From the NCBI GenBank assembly GCA_035506215.1, contig DATJPW010000191.1, positions 5,689 through 69,688 on the forward strand: a stretch of DNA of 64,000 bases, given 5' to 3'. The translations under genes were made by a program, and so were the position numbers. Each line of letters starts with the position of its first letter. The first letter of the stretch is position 1. Under the pieces are notes generated by a model, which saw only the letters and a list, made by a program, of their open reading frames with translations, had not been told where the DNA came from and ran no database searches. Source of the stretch: Desulfomonilaceae bacterium (GTDB taxonomy: Bacteria > Desulfobacterota > Desulfomonilia > Desulfomonilales > Desulfomonilaceae). Below, in pieces: positions 27,283 through 36,664 of this stretch.

Positions 27283-28242
27283 TTAGATATCCTCTCGCAA
27301 AACGACTGCCGGACGCGTTTTGAACTTCTCCTGCAAATAGCCCAGAACGCCTTCAGGCAGAAAATATATCAGCAGCATCAGTATTATCGCCAGGACGAGG
27401 GTCCAGTATTCCGTGTAAATCCCGACCACGGTCCTCAGCGTGACAATGATGGCCGCGCCCAGCATGGGACCGAAAAAGGTGAACCATCCGCCTAGCAGGC
27501 ACATTATGAATATTTCCAATGACATGTGCCAGAACAACAAATCAGGGAAAACTGAGCCCTCAACGGCCACAAAAAGGACACCGGCAACTCCTGCAAAAAA
27601 GCCTGCAACCAACTGGCCCACAAGCTGGTGGGCCATAACGTTTACGCCTATGCCCTCACTTCTCTCCGGGTTGTCCCGGATCGCTTGAAAAATGCGGCCG
27701 AAGGGCGAGTTTATGACCATGTACATAACGGCTAGAGAAATCGCCCCGATGATTAACGTGAAGTAATAAGAGCCGGTGATAGACGAAATCATCGCAGGCA
27801 AAGGCACGCCGTGTATTCCGTCGTCACCGCCGGTGAAGGAATACCATCTGAATGCAAGCGCCCAAACGAGGGACCCCAGAGCGATCTGGAGCATGCCAAA
27901 GTAGAGCTTCGACAACCGAACACAGATCAGTCCCATAACAAAGGCGAGCATAGAAGCGACAATCGGCCCGGTGATGAATCCGACAAACGGCGGGAGAGAT
28001 GTCTTGGTAAGCATCAGGGCCACCGCGTAAGCACCTACCCCAAAAAAGACGCCATGGTGGAACTGATACATACCTCCAAAACCCAGGACTATATTCAGAC
28101 TGGTCGCCAGCAGCCCGGTGACCATGATCAGGGCAACGAAATAGACGTAGAACCTCGTCAGGAACAGAGGCGCCGTAACCAGGACGATTACGGCTCCCAG
28201 CCCAAACATGAGCGCTGTCCAACTCTTCAATCCACTGAACAA
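27283..28242 (-). CDS. livM: branched-chain amino acid ABC transporter permease (LivM-like)
   Basis: Polytopic permease positioned between livH and livG. Confidence 0.8.
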   Translation of the reverse strand: MFSGLKSWTALMFGLGAVIVLVTAPLFLTRFYVYFVALIMVTGLLATSLNIVLGFGGMYQFHHGVFFGVGAYAVALMLTKTSLPPFVGFITGPIVASMLAFVMGLICVRLSKLYFGMLQIALGSLVWALAFRWYSFTGGDDGIHGVPLPAMISSITGSYYFTLIIGAISLAVMYMVINSPFGRIFQAIRDNPERSEGIGVNVMAHQLVGQLVAGFFAGVAGVLFVAVEGSVFPDLLFWHMSLEIFIMCLLGGWFTFFGPMLGAAIIVTLRTVVGIYTEYWTLVLAIILMLLIYFLPEGVLGYLQEKFKTRPAVVLREDI

Positions 28243-28254
28243 AAGACGGCCTCC

Positions 28255-29151
28255 TCACCAGGTTGCTTTCAGAAGCCCTTTGGGCCGAAACAGGAGGACG
28301 ATGATTACCGCTACATAGGGGAAGACAATGGCAAATTGCGGCCATACGAGGATGCCTATGGAATCGGTAAGTCCGAAGATCAATGCGCCCAACAATGCTC
28401 CCCACATGTTTCCCAAACCGCCTATTATGACGATGAGGAAGGCTTCCATTATCAGCGTATGGTCCATTCCCTGGTTGATGTTCTGAGTGGGCGCAACCAA
28501 AGCCCCTCCGAGTCCGGCCAGGAAACATCCGATCACGAATACGAAGGCAAAAACCCAGCTCACATTGATTCCCACAGCTCCCACCATCTCGCGATCCACT
28601 GCAGCGGCCCGCGAAATCTTGCCTATCTTGGTTTTGTTGGTCAAAAACCACAATCCAAAGGCGACCAGCGGACCGATGATCAGCAGAAAAAGGCTGTAAC
28701 GCGGAAACGGCATGCCAAGAATCGAGAACGAGCCCTGTAGCAGGGGCGGGGCAGACAATGAGCGATAGTCAGAGCCCCAGATGAGTTTCACAAGGTCACG
28801 GAAAAGTAGCATAAAGGAAAACGTGAACAGGAGCAGCATCAAGTGCTCTCTTTCATACAGATGACAGAAAAGACCCCTTTCCACAGCGAGGCTTATCAAT
28901 GCCACTCCCAAAGGGGCAAAAATCAGGGCTAACCAGAAGCCCATCGAGCTGCCGCCGAAAAATACGGCTATGGAATAAGCCAAGAACGCGCCGATCATGT
29001 ATAACGAACCGTGGGCTATGTTGGGAATCCTGAGCACGCCCAGTACAAGGCTCAAACCTGAGGAAACAATGAACAAAATTGTCGTCCGGCTCAATCCCAC
29101 CAGAAATTGCTGGCCGATGGCAGAGATCGTAATGTGGGACGCGATTTCCAT
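28255..29151 (-). CDS. livH: branched-chain amino acid ABC transporter permease (LivH-like)
   Basis: Polytopic permease, first permease gene of the operon. Confidence 0.8.
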   Translation of the reverse strand: MEIASHITISAIGQQFLVGLSRTTILFIVSSGLSLVLGVLRIPNIAHGSLYMIGAFLAYSIAVFFGGSSMGFWLALIFAPLGVALISLAVERGLFCHLYEREHLMLLLFTFSFMLLFRDLVKLIWGSDYRSLSAPPLLQGSFSILGMPFPRYSLFLLIIGPLVAFGLWFLTNKTKIGKISRAAAVDREMVGAVGINVSWVFAFVFVIGCFLAGLGGALVAPTQNINQGMDHTLIMEAFLIVIIGGLGNMWGALLGALIFGLTDSIGILVWPQFAIVFPYVAVIIVLLFRPKGLLKATW

Positions 29152-29360
29152 GCTGAATACCTGCCAGTTCTGCTCAGGGCCCCGTGGAGCCGGGGGTCTG
29201 TGATTCGGTGTTCAAATGGAACGATAGAAGTGACTTTGAATTTGGTCACGATATCCGTAGGTTACCAGCCCATAATGGTTTGGAGGTCCTGCGTTCGGCT
29301 CCCCCGTGCACAAACCTCCAAGCCTGATGGCCACGAGCAGCAATCTTGCTGTAATTGGGC

Positions 29361-30590
29361 TTATTTCTCTTTCTCTCGAGCTTTCTTTATTTCGTCGAGC
29401 GAAGGCATCAGTTCTTCAGCCGGGATCGTTGTAATGTCGGTCGCGATAAGGAAATCATAACCGGGTACCTTCTTAGTGACGCCCATAAACATGGGAAGCA
29501 TCACCTGGTTGTCTCCGGCTCTCATGGTCAATTTGCCGATAGGGCTATCGATGCTTATCCCCGGTAAAGCTTCAGCAAATTTTTGTGGATCGACCTTTCC
29601 CGCTTTTTCATAGGCTTTGGCGATGAATTGGGCGGTGAACCAACCTACCAGACTGCCAAAAGAGGGATATCTATCGTACGCCTTCCTGAACTCGTCAACA
29701 AAGGCCTTTTGTTCCGGGGTGTCCGGATAGTAAAAGTAGTAATTCGCGGTTCCAATGACCCCTTCGGGCGCATCGGGACCCAGCGGTCTGAGAGTGGACA
29801 GCTCCGTTGCCGTGTGCATGAAGAAAGGGACCCTCTCGGTAAATCCCGTGGCCTTTGCCGCCTTCAAAAAGTTAGTGCAGCCCGAACCGCCGGTAGCGAT
29901 GATGACCGCATCCGGCTTGGCCGCGAGCATCGCTGTGATATAAGGCGTGAAATCCGGTTCGCCGACCTTCCACCAGGATTCGCCCAGCAATTTGACATCC
30001 GGCTTCAGCTTCTTGAGATTCTTCCAAACCCCGTCGGCAATGGCGTGTCCGTATTCGTAGTCGTCACCGGCAATCCAGTAAGTAACAAAGGGTTTCTTAG
30101 CCAGACCCACGGCGGCCGCTTTGCCGGCCATCTCTGTGTTTTCGTTCATGCAAAAGACATATTCGTGGCCCTTGGCCCCGGTTATCTTTTCGCTTTTCGA
30201 GTATGTAGCCAGAAAAGGTATCTTCTCTTTTTTGGCCAGGTCGGAAACTGCCAAAGCGACGGCGCTGTTGATGGTGCCCATGAGAAGATCAACCTTTTCC
30301 CTCATGATCAGCTCTTTGGCCGCGCTCAGTCCGAGGTCGACCTTGAACTTGTCGTCCCGGGTCACAAACGAAATCGGCCTGCCGAGCACGCCGCCCTTGG
30401 CGTTGATCTTGTCGACGGCCATTTTGAAACCGTCCCGAACATCATTGGTGTACGTGCTGGCCGGGCCGCTGTAGGTGTCGATAAGGCCGACTTTTATCGG
30501 CTCCGCCGCCTCTGTGGAAACCACAGGGACCAAGAGGCATGCAATGAGTCCCGCGCAGATGATGATTAAAGAAAGACTTTTCATGACCAC
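29361..30590 (-). CDS. ABC transporter substrate-binding protein (Leu/Ile/Val-binding type)
   Basis: Signal peptide, type-1 periplasmic binding protein pattern (IKVGLIDTYSGPAS...), first gene of the liv-like operon. Confidence 0.8.
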   Translation of the reverse strand: MVMKSLSLIIICAGLIACLLVPVVSTEAAEPIKVGLIDTYSGPASTYTNDVRDGFKMAVDKINAKGGVLGRPISFVTRDDKFKVDLGLSAAKELIMREKVDLLMGTINSAVALAVSDLAKKEKIPFLATYSKSEKITGAKGHEYVFCMNENTEMAGKAAAVGLAKKPFVTYWIAGDDYEYGHAIADGVWKNLKKLKPDVKLLGESWWKVGEPDFTPYITAMLAAKPDAVIIATGGSGCTNFLKAAKATGFTERVPFFMHTATELSTLRPLGPDAPEGVIGTANYYFYYPDTPEQKAFVDEFRKAYDRYPSFGSLVGWFTAQFIAKAYEKAGKVDPQKFAEALPGISIDSPIGKLTMRAGDNQVMLPMFMGVTKKVPGYDFLIATDITTIPAEELMPSLDEIKKAREKEK

Positions 30591-30874
30591 GTCTCCCTAT
30601 TGTTTGATTACTCGGTACGTGCCCTGTCTACCTTCGCTCTCAAGCCGCCGTTATCTGGCTAGTCCATTTAGGCGGCGACCATCTTTCGCTTTGGATTGGG
30701 CGAAAACAAGAAAGCTGTGCAGGATACAGAACCTCGTATGAATCGTTAAATCTCATTGGTATAGATTGTCAAGGCATTTCTCCCCATGTTTGGTCTTGGG
30801 CCAGTCCGCCCGTTATCGAGGGAGATCATTCTTGAGGGGTTTCATAACTTGGACAGCCAGTTGCCGAAGCAATC

Positions 30875-30885
30875 TGGTCAGACCA
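30875..30885. promoter_or_regulatory. GntR/FadR-type operator candidate 1
   Basis: Palindrome TGGTCAGACCA (t.GT.N.AC.a pattern) in the livK-gntR divergent intergenic region. Confidence 0.4.
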
Positions 30886-31064
30886 AATTTGGATAACAAG
30901 CTACGGGGCTTTTGTCAATCTCTTTTAGTCGTGGTTCAGCCGATTTTTTGCTATCATATCTTGAATAATTTTTTCAGCTAGATGGATTGATCGAGCCGGT
31001 CAATAACTATTGAAAACTCTTGACGAATGGAACTGAGTACCATATTCTTCCATCCCAAGCGATG

Positions 31065-31075
31065 TGGTCAGACCA
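31065..31075. promoter_or_regulatory. GntR/FadR-type operator candidate 2
   Basis: Identical palindrome TGGTCAGACCA, 190 bp from the first copy and about 134 nt upstream of the regulator start. Confidence 0.4.
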
Positions 31076-31208
31076 GATTCTCAAGCGTCACCGGCTTATG
31101 GTCCACGGCTTGAAAGGTTTCCAATAGTCTGTCTAAACGGTCTTCTGAATCGAGACAAAGCAGCCTCATCATTGCAGTCGTTTTCGGACGCCCGCCTGGA
31201 GTGGGAAT

Positions 31209-31940
31209 GTGAAGAACGTATATAAACGCATTAGACCGCAGAAAGTGACACAAGAAATCCTCGTTCAGATCAAAACCCTGATCAAGAATGGCAAATTGCA
31301 GCCGGGTGAAAGACTGCCTCCGGAAAGAACGCTGTGCGATGTACTTGGAGTGGGCAGGTCATCAGTTCGAGAGGCGCTGAACATGCTCCAAGCGCTGGGA
31401 TTTCTTGAGATAAAAAATCGGAAGGGCGTATTCGTTCGTTCCGTAAGTGGACCGCTGGCGGCTGACCCCCTCCGGCAGATCCTAGAAGAGGACAGGACCA
31501 AGCTTATTGATTTATATGAACTGAGAAAAGACATCGAGTTGGCTTCCGCATATTTTGCGGCAAAGATGCGATCTGATACAGATCTGGCGAATATGAGGGA
31601 ACTCTTGCGAAGAATGAAGGCGGATGCCCAAAACCCACGCTTGATGATACGTCACGATTTGGCATTCCATCTGGCCGTTGCTCAGGCAGCGGGTAATTTC
31701 CTCAGAATGCACATTCTAAAGAATATCTTCGATCTTACTGGAGACTTCATAGTGGTGGTAGCTGACAAATTCGGCCGCGAAGGGCGTTCCTCGCCTGCGA
31801 TCGAGTTCCACGAGGGGGTGTTCCGGGCCATTGAGAAAAAAGATCAACAAGCTGCCAGGGCACGCATGGACGAACATCTTTCGTGGGTCGAGCAAACATG
31901 GAAAGAATTGGCACGAACAAAAGTTCAGACAAAGGATTGA
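31209..31940 (+). CDS. GntR-family (FadR subfamily, FCD domain) transcriptional regulator
   Basis: wHTH motif LPPERTLCDVLGVGRSSVREALNMLQALGFLEIKNRKGVFV and a helical C-terminal FCD-like domain. Confidence 0.85.
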   Translation: MKNVYKRIRPQKVTQEILVQIKTLIKNGKLQPGERLPPERTLCDVLGVGRSSVREALNMLQALGFLEIKNRKGVFVRSVSGPLAADPLRQILEEDRTKLIDLYELRKDIELASAYFAAKMRSDTDLANMRELLRRMKADAQNPRLMIRHDLAFHLAVAQAAGNFLRMHILKNIFDLTGDFIVVVADKFGREGRSSPAIEFHEGVFRAIEKKDQQAARARMDEHLSWVEQTWKELARTKVQTKD

Positions 31941-31953
31941 ACAGACTGTGGCC

Positions 31954-33711
31954 TCAGATCGTAGCGGACTTGTGCCCGGGCAACGGGAAATATATGTGGA
32001 AGGTCGTACCTACGCCGACCTCGCTTTCCACCTTGATTTCGCCGCCCATTCTTTTGACGATACCGTAGCATATGGAAAGTCCTAACCCGGTACCTTTGCC
32101 GACCGGCTTAGTAGTGAAAAACGGCTCAAATATTCGGGTCAAATCGGCCTGTGCAATGCCGGGGCCGTTGTCCGAGACCTCCACAACAGCATAATTGTCA
32201 TCAAGTCTACTGGTAACGTTGATGATTCCACCTTTGTTGCCTATCGCGTCCAAACTGTTGTTGATCATATTGAGAAGGACTTGTTGAACTTCCGATGTTG
32301 AAATACTAACTGTAGGAAGTTCCTCTTCAAGGTTCGTATTAATTTTAACATTGCTGTAACGCGCCCTCTGTTCTGATAAATCCACCACTTCTTGAATCAA
32401 GTCATTTAGCTGGGCCTTCTTGATAGTGGGGTCGGTTTTCCGGGCAAAGCTCAAAAGCTTATGAGTGATCTCCTTGCAGCGCCTCCCCTGAGTCTGCAAG
32501 CGACTCAGAGACCGAGTAAATTCATCCAGTGTCGGCCATGATCGGATGTCTTCTTCTTCCAGAAGATCTTGCATCCAACCGGCTTCTTGCAACATCATTC
32601 CCAGCGGATTGTTGACCTCATGGGCTACTCCCGCGGCCAGTTCACCTAGAGCCGCGAGTTTGCCTGTTTCAATAAGCTGTTCATTGATGGCTCTCTTTTC
32701 GTGAGCTTCGTGGGCTATCCGTCTTGCCGTTCGGTTGGAGAGGACGAGGCTGCTGATCACTATAGCGACAATCCCGATGAGGAACACCAAAATCGTTGAA
32801 TCTCGTGCGGCGTACAGATCGGCATACATTTCGTCAGCGCTCTGATGATGCACCAAAACCCATGCGCCATTATTAATCAGCGTCATAAGATCGACGTAAT
32901 CTTTTCCCGATGTGTCGGCCCGTTCGATAATCTTCACGTCCGGGGGCGATTCCGGTTTGTCCGCAAAAAACTTGACGTAATCATCTTTGGACAATTTGGC
33001 TGCAGACCTCGCTGGGGTCTGCAACTCTCCGTCTCGATTGACCACATACGCAAGTCCGGTGACATCCGATCCTATGGTGTCCACGAGTCTTTTGAACGAT
33101 TCAAAATCAATCGTGGCCCGCGCGACGTACTTTTTACCCTCGTGTTCTCGACGCACTGTCAAAGCCAGGTGAGGCAGGTCGCGAAAACCGTAAAAAACAT
33201 CGCTCACATAATGATCTTGTTGCGACGCGTTGTGAAACCACGCAGCCTTTGAATAATCCGCGTGCTCCTGCTTGTACGGCCCTGCGTACGCAATTTGCGT
33301 ACCCGTATCATCCACCATCGTGAGATCGACTATCGAACCGCCGTATTCCGCCTGGAGCAGCGACAAGCTACTCCGCAGGAAATCTTCTGTGATTAACTGC
33401 TCTATAGAATGAGACCCCGCCAGAGTCCTCAAAGCATCGAGCCTATCCGTCAGAAAATTGTCAATGGATTCACGATGCTTGGTAATCTGTAACTTCGCGT
33501 AATTCAGGACTTTCTCTCGATAGGAAACTTGGAAATAATGACGGGTGACAGCAGATATGAGAACCAACGGTATCGTGGAAACAATGATCATTATAAGGGC
33601 CATGTTCCTGGCCAGGGACCTATAGTATCGTTTATCCTGATCGTTTTCATTCGCCATCGTGCTTGCCATGCTCCATACGTACGATACTTGGCCTAGATTT
33701 TGGGAGGTCAC
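31954..33711 (-). CDS. sensor histidine kinase with extracytoplasmic Cache-like domain
   Basis: Two TM helices flanking a ~270-aa periplasmic domain. H-box HEVNNPLG, N-box NNSLDA, G-boxes DNGPGI and GTGLGLS. Confidence 0.85.
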   Translation of the reverse strand: MTSQNLGQVSYVWSMASTMANENDQDKRYYRSLARNMALIMIIVSTIPLVLISAVTRHYFQVSYREKVLNYAKLQITKHRESIDNFLTDRLDALRTLAGSHSIEQLITEDFLRSSLSLLQAEYGGSIVDLTMVDDTGTQIAYAGPYKQEHADYSKAAWFHNASQQDHYVSDVFYGFRDLPHLALTVRREHEGKKYVARATIDFESFKRLVDTIGSDVTGLAYVVNRDGELQTPARSAAKLSKDDYVKFFADKPESPPDVKIIERADTSGKDYVDLMTLINNGAWVLVHHQSADEMYADLYAARDSTILVFLIGIVAIVISSLVLSNRTARRIAHEAHEKRAINEQLIETGKLAALGELAAGVAHEVNNPLGMMLQEAGWMQDLLEEEDIRSWPTLDEFTRSLSRLQTQGRRCKEITHKLLSFARKTDPTIKKAQLNDLIQEVVDLSEQRARYSNVKINTNLEEELPTVSISTSEVQQVLLNMINNSLDAIGNKGGIINVTSRLDDNYAVVEVSDNGPGIAQADLTRIFEPFFTTKPVGKGTGLGLSICYGIVKRMGGEIKVESEVGVGTTFHIYFPLPGHKSATI

Positions 33712-33731
33712 CTCTCAGGAACATCAAGGCG

Positions 33732-34577
33732 CTATAAACCCTTGGCGCCGGTGAGATCGGCCGTTGAGAGATCGACCCCATCCAGCACCGCCTTGTCAAA
33801 GTTCGCGCCCGTCAGGTCCGCTCCGTCCAGGTTTGCTTCCGTGAGATTTGCTCCCGACAGGTTGGCGCCTGTGAGAATGGCCCCCCATAATGTGGCCTTA
33901 TGCAGGTTTGCTTTGGTCAGGTCCGCCTCTGTGAGCGTGACTTTGAACAGTCTTGCAGTTGACAAATCGGCCCAGGACAAATCAGCTCGGAACAGTACGG
34001 CGTTTGACAAATCAGCGCCTGACAAATCGGCGTCAATCAGTCTGGCGCCGCTCAGCCTCGCCCGCATCAGCTTGGCTCTCGCCAGCTTCGTTTTGTGGAG
34101 ATACGCACCGGACAGATCGACATCCCTGAGATTGGCCTTGAACAGATTTGCAGATGCTAGTCTCGCATTGGACAAATCTGCCATCAGCAGGTTCGCTCCT
34201 GATAGCTGAGCGCCTGTCAAATCAGCCTCCGAGAGATTGGCCCTGTACAGGTTAGCTCCTGCAAGGTTTGCCTCAGCGAAACAGGCCTTGGTCAGGCGGG
34301 CCGACAAGACCTTCGCATCTGACAGGTCTGCTCTGGTCAAATCACTATCCTCCAGATTGGCCGCGTACAGTTTAGCCTCGCTCAAATTTGCCCTGGTCAG
34401 TTTGGCTCCCGAAAAAATACCGTTTCCCAATTCCGCCGCGCGCAAATCCGCTCCGGCCAGATTAGCCATAGACAGATCGACGCCCGATTTGACTGCCTCT
34501 TCCACCAATGATTGCAGGGACAGTGCTTCGGCCTCGAAAATTATTTCTCCTGTGAAACGATGTCTGATTAGGCCCAA
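33732..34577 (-). CDS. pentapeptide repeat protein
   Basis: About 45 consecutive A(D/N)LxG/A(D/N)LxxA pentapeptides (ANLSGANLTEANLDGADLTGANF...). Confidence 0.9.
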   Translation of the reverse strand: MGLIRHRFTGEIIFEAEALSLQSLVEEAVKSGVDLSMANLAGADLRAAELGNGIFSGAKLTRANLSEAKLYAANLEDSDLTRADLSDAKVLSARLTKACFAEANLAGANLYRANLSEADLTGAQLSGANLLMADLSNARLASANLFKANLRDVDLSGAYLHKTKLARAKLMRARLSGARLIDADLSGADLSNAVLFRADLSWADLSTARLFKVTLTEADLTKANLHKATLWGAILTGANLSGANLTEANLDGADLTGANFDKAVLDGVDLSTADLTGAKGL

Positions 34578-34872
34578 CCTAAACCTCTTAGTCGTGACTT
34601 AACAGTCTCGACTCAATTATCGGATGAAAGATAAACCTTTACACCCGGCGGCACAAGTCTCTCCTTCGCACGGAGGTTGAATGGCCCGGTACAATTGTGC
34701 ATCAAACATTGTTCCAGTGAAAACGAATTCGTTTCAAGAGATAGCAAAGCCCGGAAGGTGTGCGAAGTTCCGACCGAAAAGGGATACCTCCGTCCAGCCA
34801 AAGTTTAGGCGCCCTTGCTCGGCTTTATGAAAGGTTGAACATTAGTTGTTCAGACCATCAATCGCCTGACTG

Positions 34873-35166
34873 TCATTTTCCGATCTCAACACTCTTTGAA
34901 CAGCCGCTCGGACCTGCAGCCGGTGCAGCGCCATTCTTTGTGAGTTCTTCCTTTGCGGCCGTAAGAATGCCTGCGCCCGCGAGCAACTCTCGAATTCCCC
35001 CTTCGGAGGTGAAGCGTTTGAAATTTTGCGTGTAGAAATGGGAAGCCCCCAACAGGCCGGTGAGACAAACCAGGGACGTTTGTTTCCAGGTCAGGAAGGC
35101 TTGCAGATCGAGGCCGTTGTCCAGAATTGACCATGCAGCATTGATCAGTTCATTGAGGAACTCCAT
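34873..35166 (-). CDS. hypothetical protein
   Basis: 97-aa ORF from ATG 35166; no family recognised. Confidence 0.3.
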   Translation of the reverse strand: MEFLNELINAAWSILDNGLDLQAFLTWKQTSLVCLTGLLGASHFYTQNFKRFTSEGGIRELLAGAGILTAAKEELTKNGAAPAAGPSGCSKSVEIGK

Positions 35167-35301
35167 ATGCTCAACCCCCTCTGTATGGCTAATTTGATGT
35201 TGACTACCGCAGCGAGCGGAGGTTCCGTCCATGTGCATTTTTTTTTCGATTGTGAAATGCCGGATCACGCGGGATAATCCATGGGCGGGAGGGAGAGGAC
35301 T

Positions 35302-35724
35302 ATGGTTAGAATCATACTTGCTATTTTGGCCGTTTTTGCCGCGTGGTCAGCACTGGATTTCATCGTCCACGGTCTGATTCTTGCCGCCGCTTATCAGGCG
35401 ACGTCCCAGCTCTGGAGACCCATGACCCAGATGAAAATGGGCATCCTACATGTGGCCGTCCTCATTGCCGCAATCGCATTCGTTCTGATTTATCTGCGCC
35501 TCATTGCTCAAAAAGGCATCATCCGCGGCCTGGAATACGGCTTGTTGTTTGGACTGGCTACCGGTGTGTCAATGGGTTTTGGCACGTACTCCGTGATGCC
35601 GATCCCTGCATTCATGGCGATAGTCTGGTTCATCGGCAGCCTCGTTGAGGGAGCAGTGGGCGGCATCATTGCCGCGGCGATCATAAAGGAACAATCCACG
35701 TTTAAGAGAATCTTCGGCAGGTAG
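35302..35724 (+). CDS. hypothetical integral membrane protein
   Basis: 140 aa with four hydrophobic helices. Confidence 0.5.
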   Translation: MVRIILAILAVFAAWSALDFIVHGLILAAAYQATSQLWRPMTQMKMGILHVAVLIAAIAFVLIYLRLIAQKGIIRGLEYGLLFGLATGVSMGFGTYSVMPIPAFMAIVWFIGSLVEGAVGGIIAAAIIKEQSTFKRIFGR

Positions 35725-35945
35725 CGTGGGCTTTGCCAAAGGCGGCAGCGGATCGTCTGCAGGCCACCCGTGGTTTTGCGCGGGCTGTAATGGCCCCAAA
35801 ATCGAATGCGCGGAAGCATTCGGGGCATGCTTCCTGTATTCGGTTACCGGCCCGAAACTGCATCGTTGCAGTGCTTGCCCGCGATTCAGCTTACCCTACC
35901 GAAGAAGTAGTGAGTCGCAATCGCCTTATGCCTTCGGAGGATGTT

Positions 35946-36404
35946 ATGGACTACCGGCAAATGACTTCACCGTGCGGTTTGGATTGTTTCAATTGTCGAA
36001 TGTATCTGGCTAATGATGATACTGAATTGAGGACAGCCAATGCGGAAGCGCTCGGCTTGCCTTATGAAGAGGCAAAATGTGAGGGATGCAGGAACGCAGG
36101 CGGCACAATAGCCTTTCTGGGCGACACGGAACCATGCGATGTGTTCAGATGTGCAGCAGAGAAAGGTGTTGCCTTCTGTTATCAATGCTCGGATTTTCCC
36201 TGCGACTATCTGCATCCGTATGCGGACCAGGCGTCCGTGAGACAGCACAACACGAAGCTGTTCAATCTCTGTTTGATCAAGAAGATGGGCCTGGAGCAAT
36301 GGGCGAGAACCAAGGCAAAGAGCGTGAAGGAAACTTATTTCAACGGCAAGCTCAGAGTACATTCCAGGGAAAAGGCCGCGAAAGACGAGAGTTCAACCGC
36401 TTGA
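35946..36404 (+). CDS. DUF3795 domain-containing Cys-rich protein
   Basis: CGLDCFNC ... CEGCR ... CDVFRC ... CYQCSDFPCDYL cysteine pattern; GGAGGA upstream of ATG 35946. Confidence 0.7.
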   Translation: MDYRQMTSPCGLDCFNCRMYLANDDTELRTANAEALGLPYEEAKCEGCRNAGGTIAFLGDTEPCDVFRCAAEKGVAFCYQCSDFPCDYLHPYADQASVRQHNTKLFNLCLIKKMGLEQWARTKAKSVKETYFNGKLRVHSREKAAKDESSTA

Positions 36405-36664
36405 AGACGGGGGAAAAATGTCTGCTGTTTGCTAATTCCACTGGCTTCGGGATAAGGGTTTCATGAGGACTCCTTCCAAATCGTGTGACTATTCCCGCTG
36501 AGTTTTGTTATGAGGCAGTCTCCAGAGGCCTGCCGAAGGTGAGGCTATCAGTTTCGCGGACCTCGTCCTGATCTATATCCCCCTTTGACTCTCCATGGTT
36601 TCCCGGTTAATAATATAGCTTGATTACGGTTGCGGGCTTCTTTTTCTTAAGAATCGGGGCCTGC

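Noticed and set aside
27811-30569. Large antisense ORFs inside the liv operon (27811..28740, 309 aa; 27824..28651, 275 aa; 29583..30569, 328 aa).
   Set aside because: They fully overlap permease and binding-protein genes that have clear family signatures. Their composition is implausible (Arg/Gly/His/Asp-rich, no motifs).
33700-34602. Long + strand ORFs (33700..34209, 169 aa; 34237..34602, 121 aa) opposite the pentapeptide-repeat gene.
   Set aside because: They are mirror images of the repeat (monotonous SA/RFAP/DKSA peptides). The periodic, stop-poor repeat DNA generates them. The minus-strand pentapeptide reading is the recognisable one.
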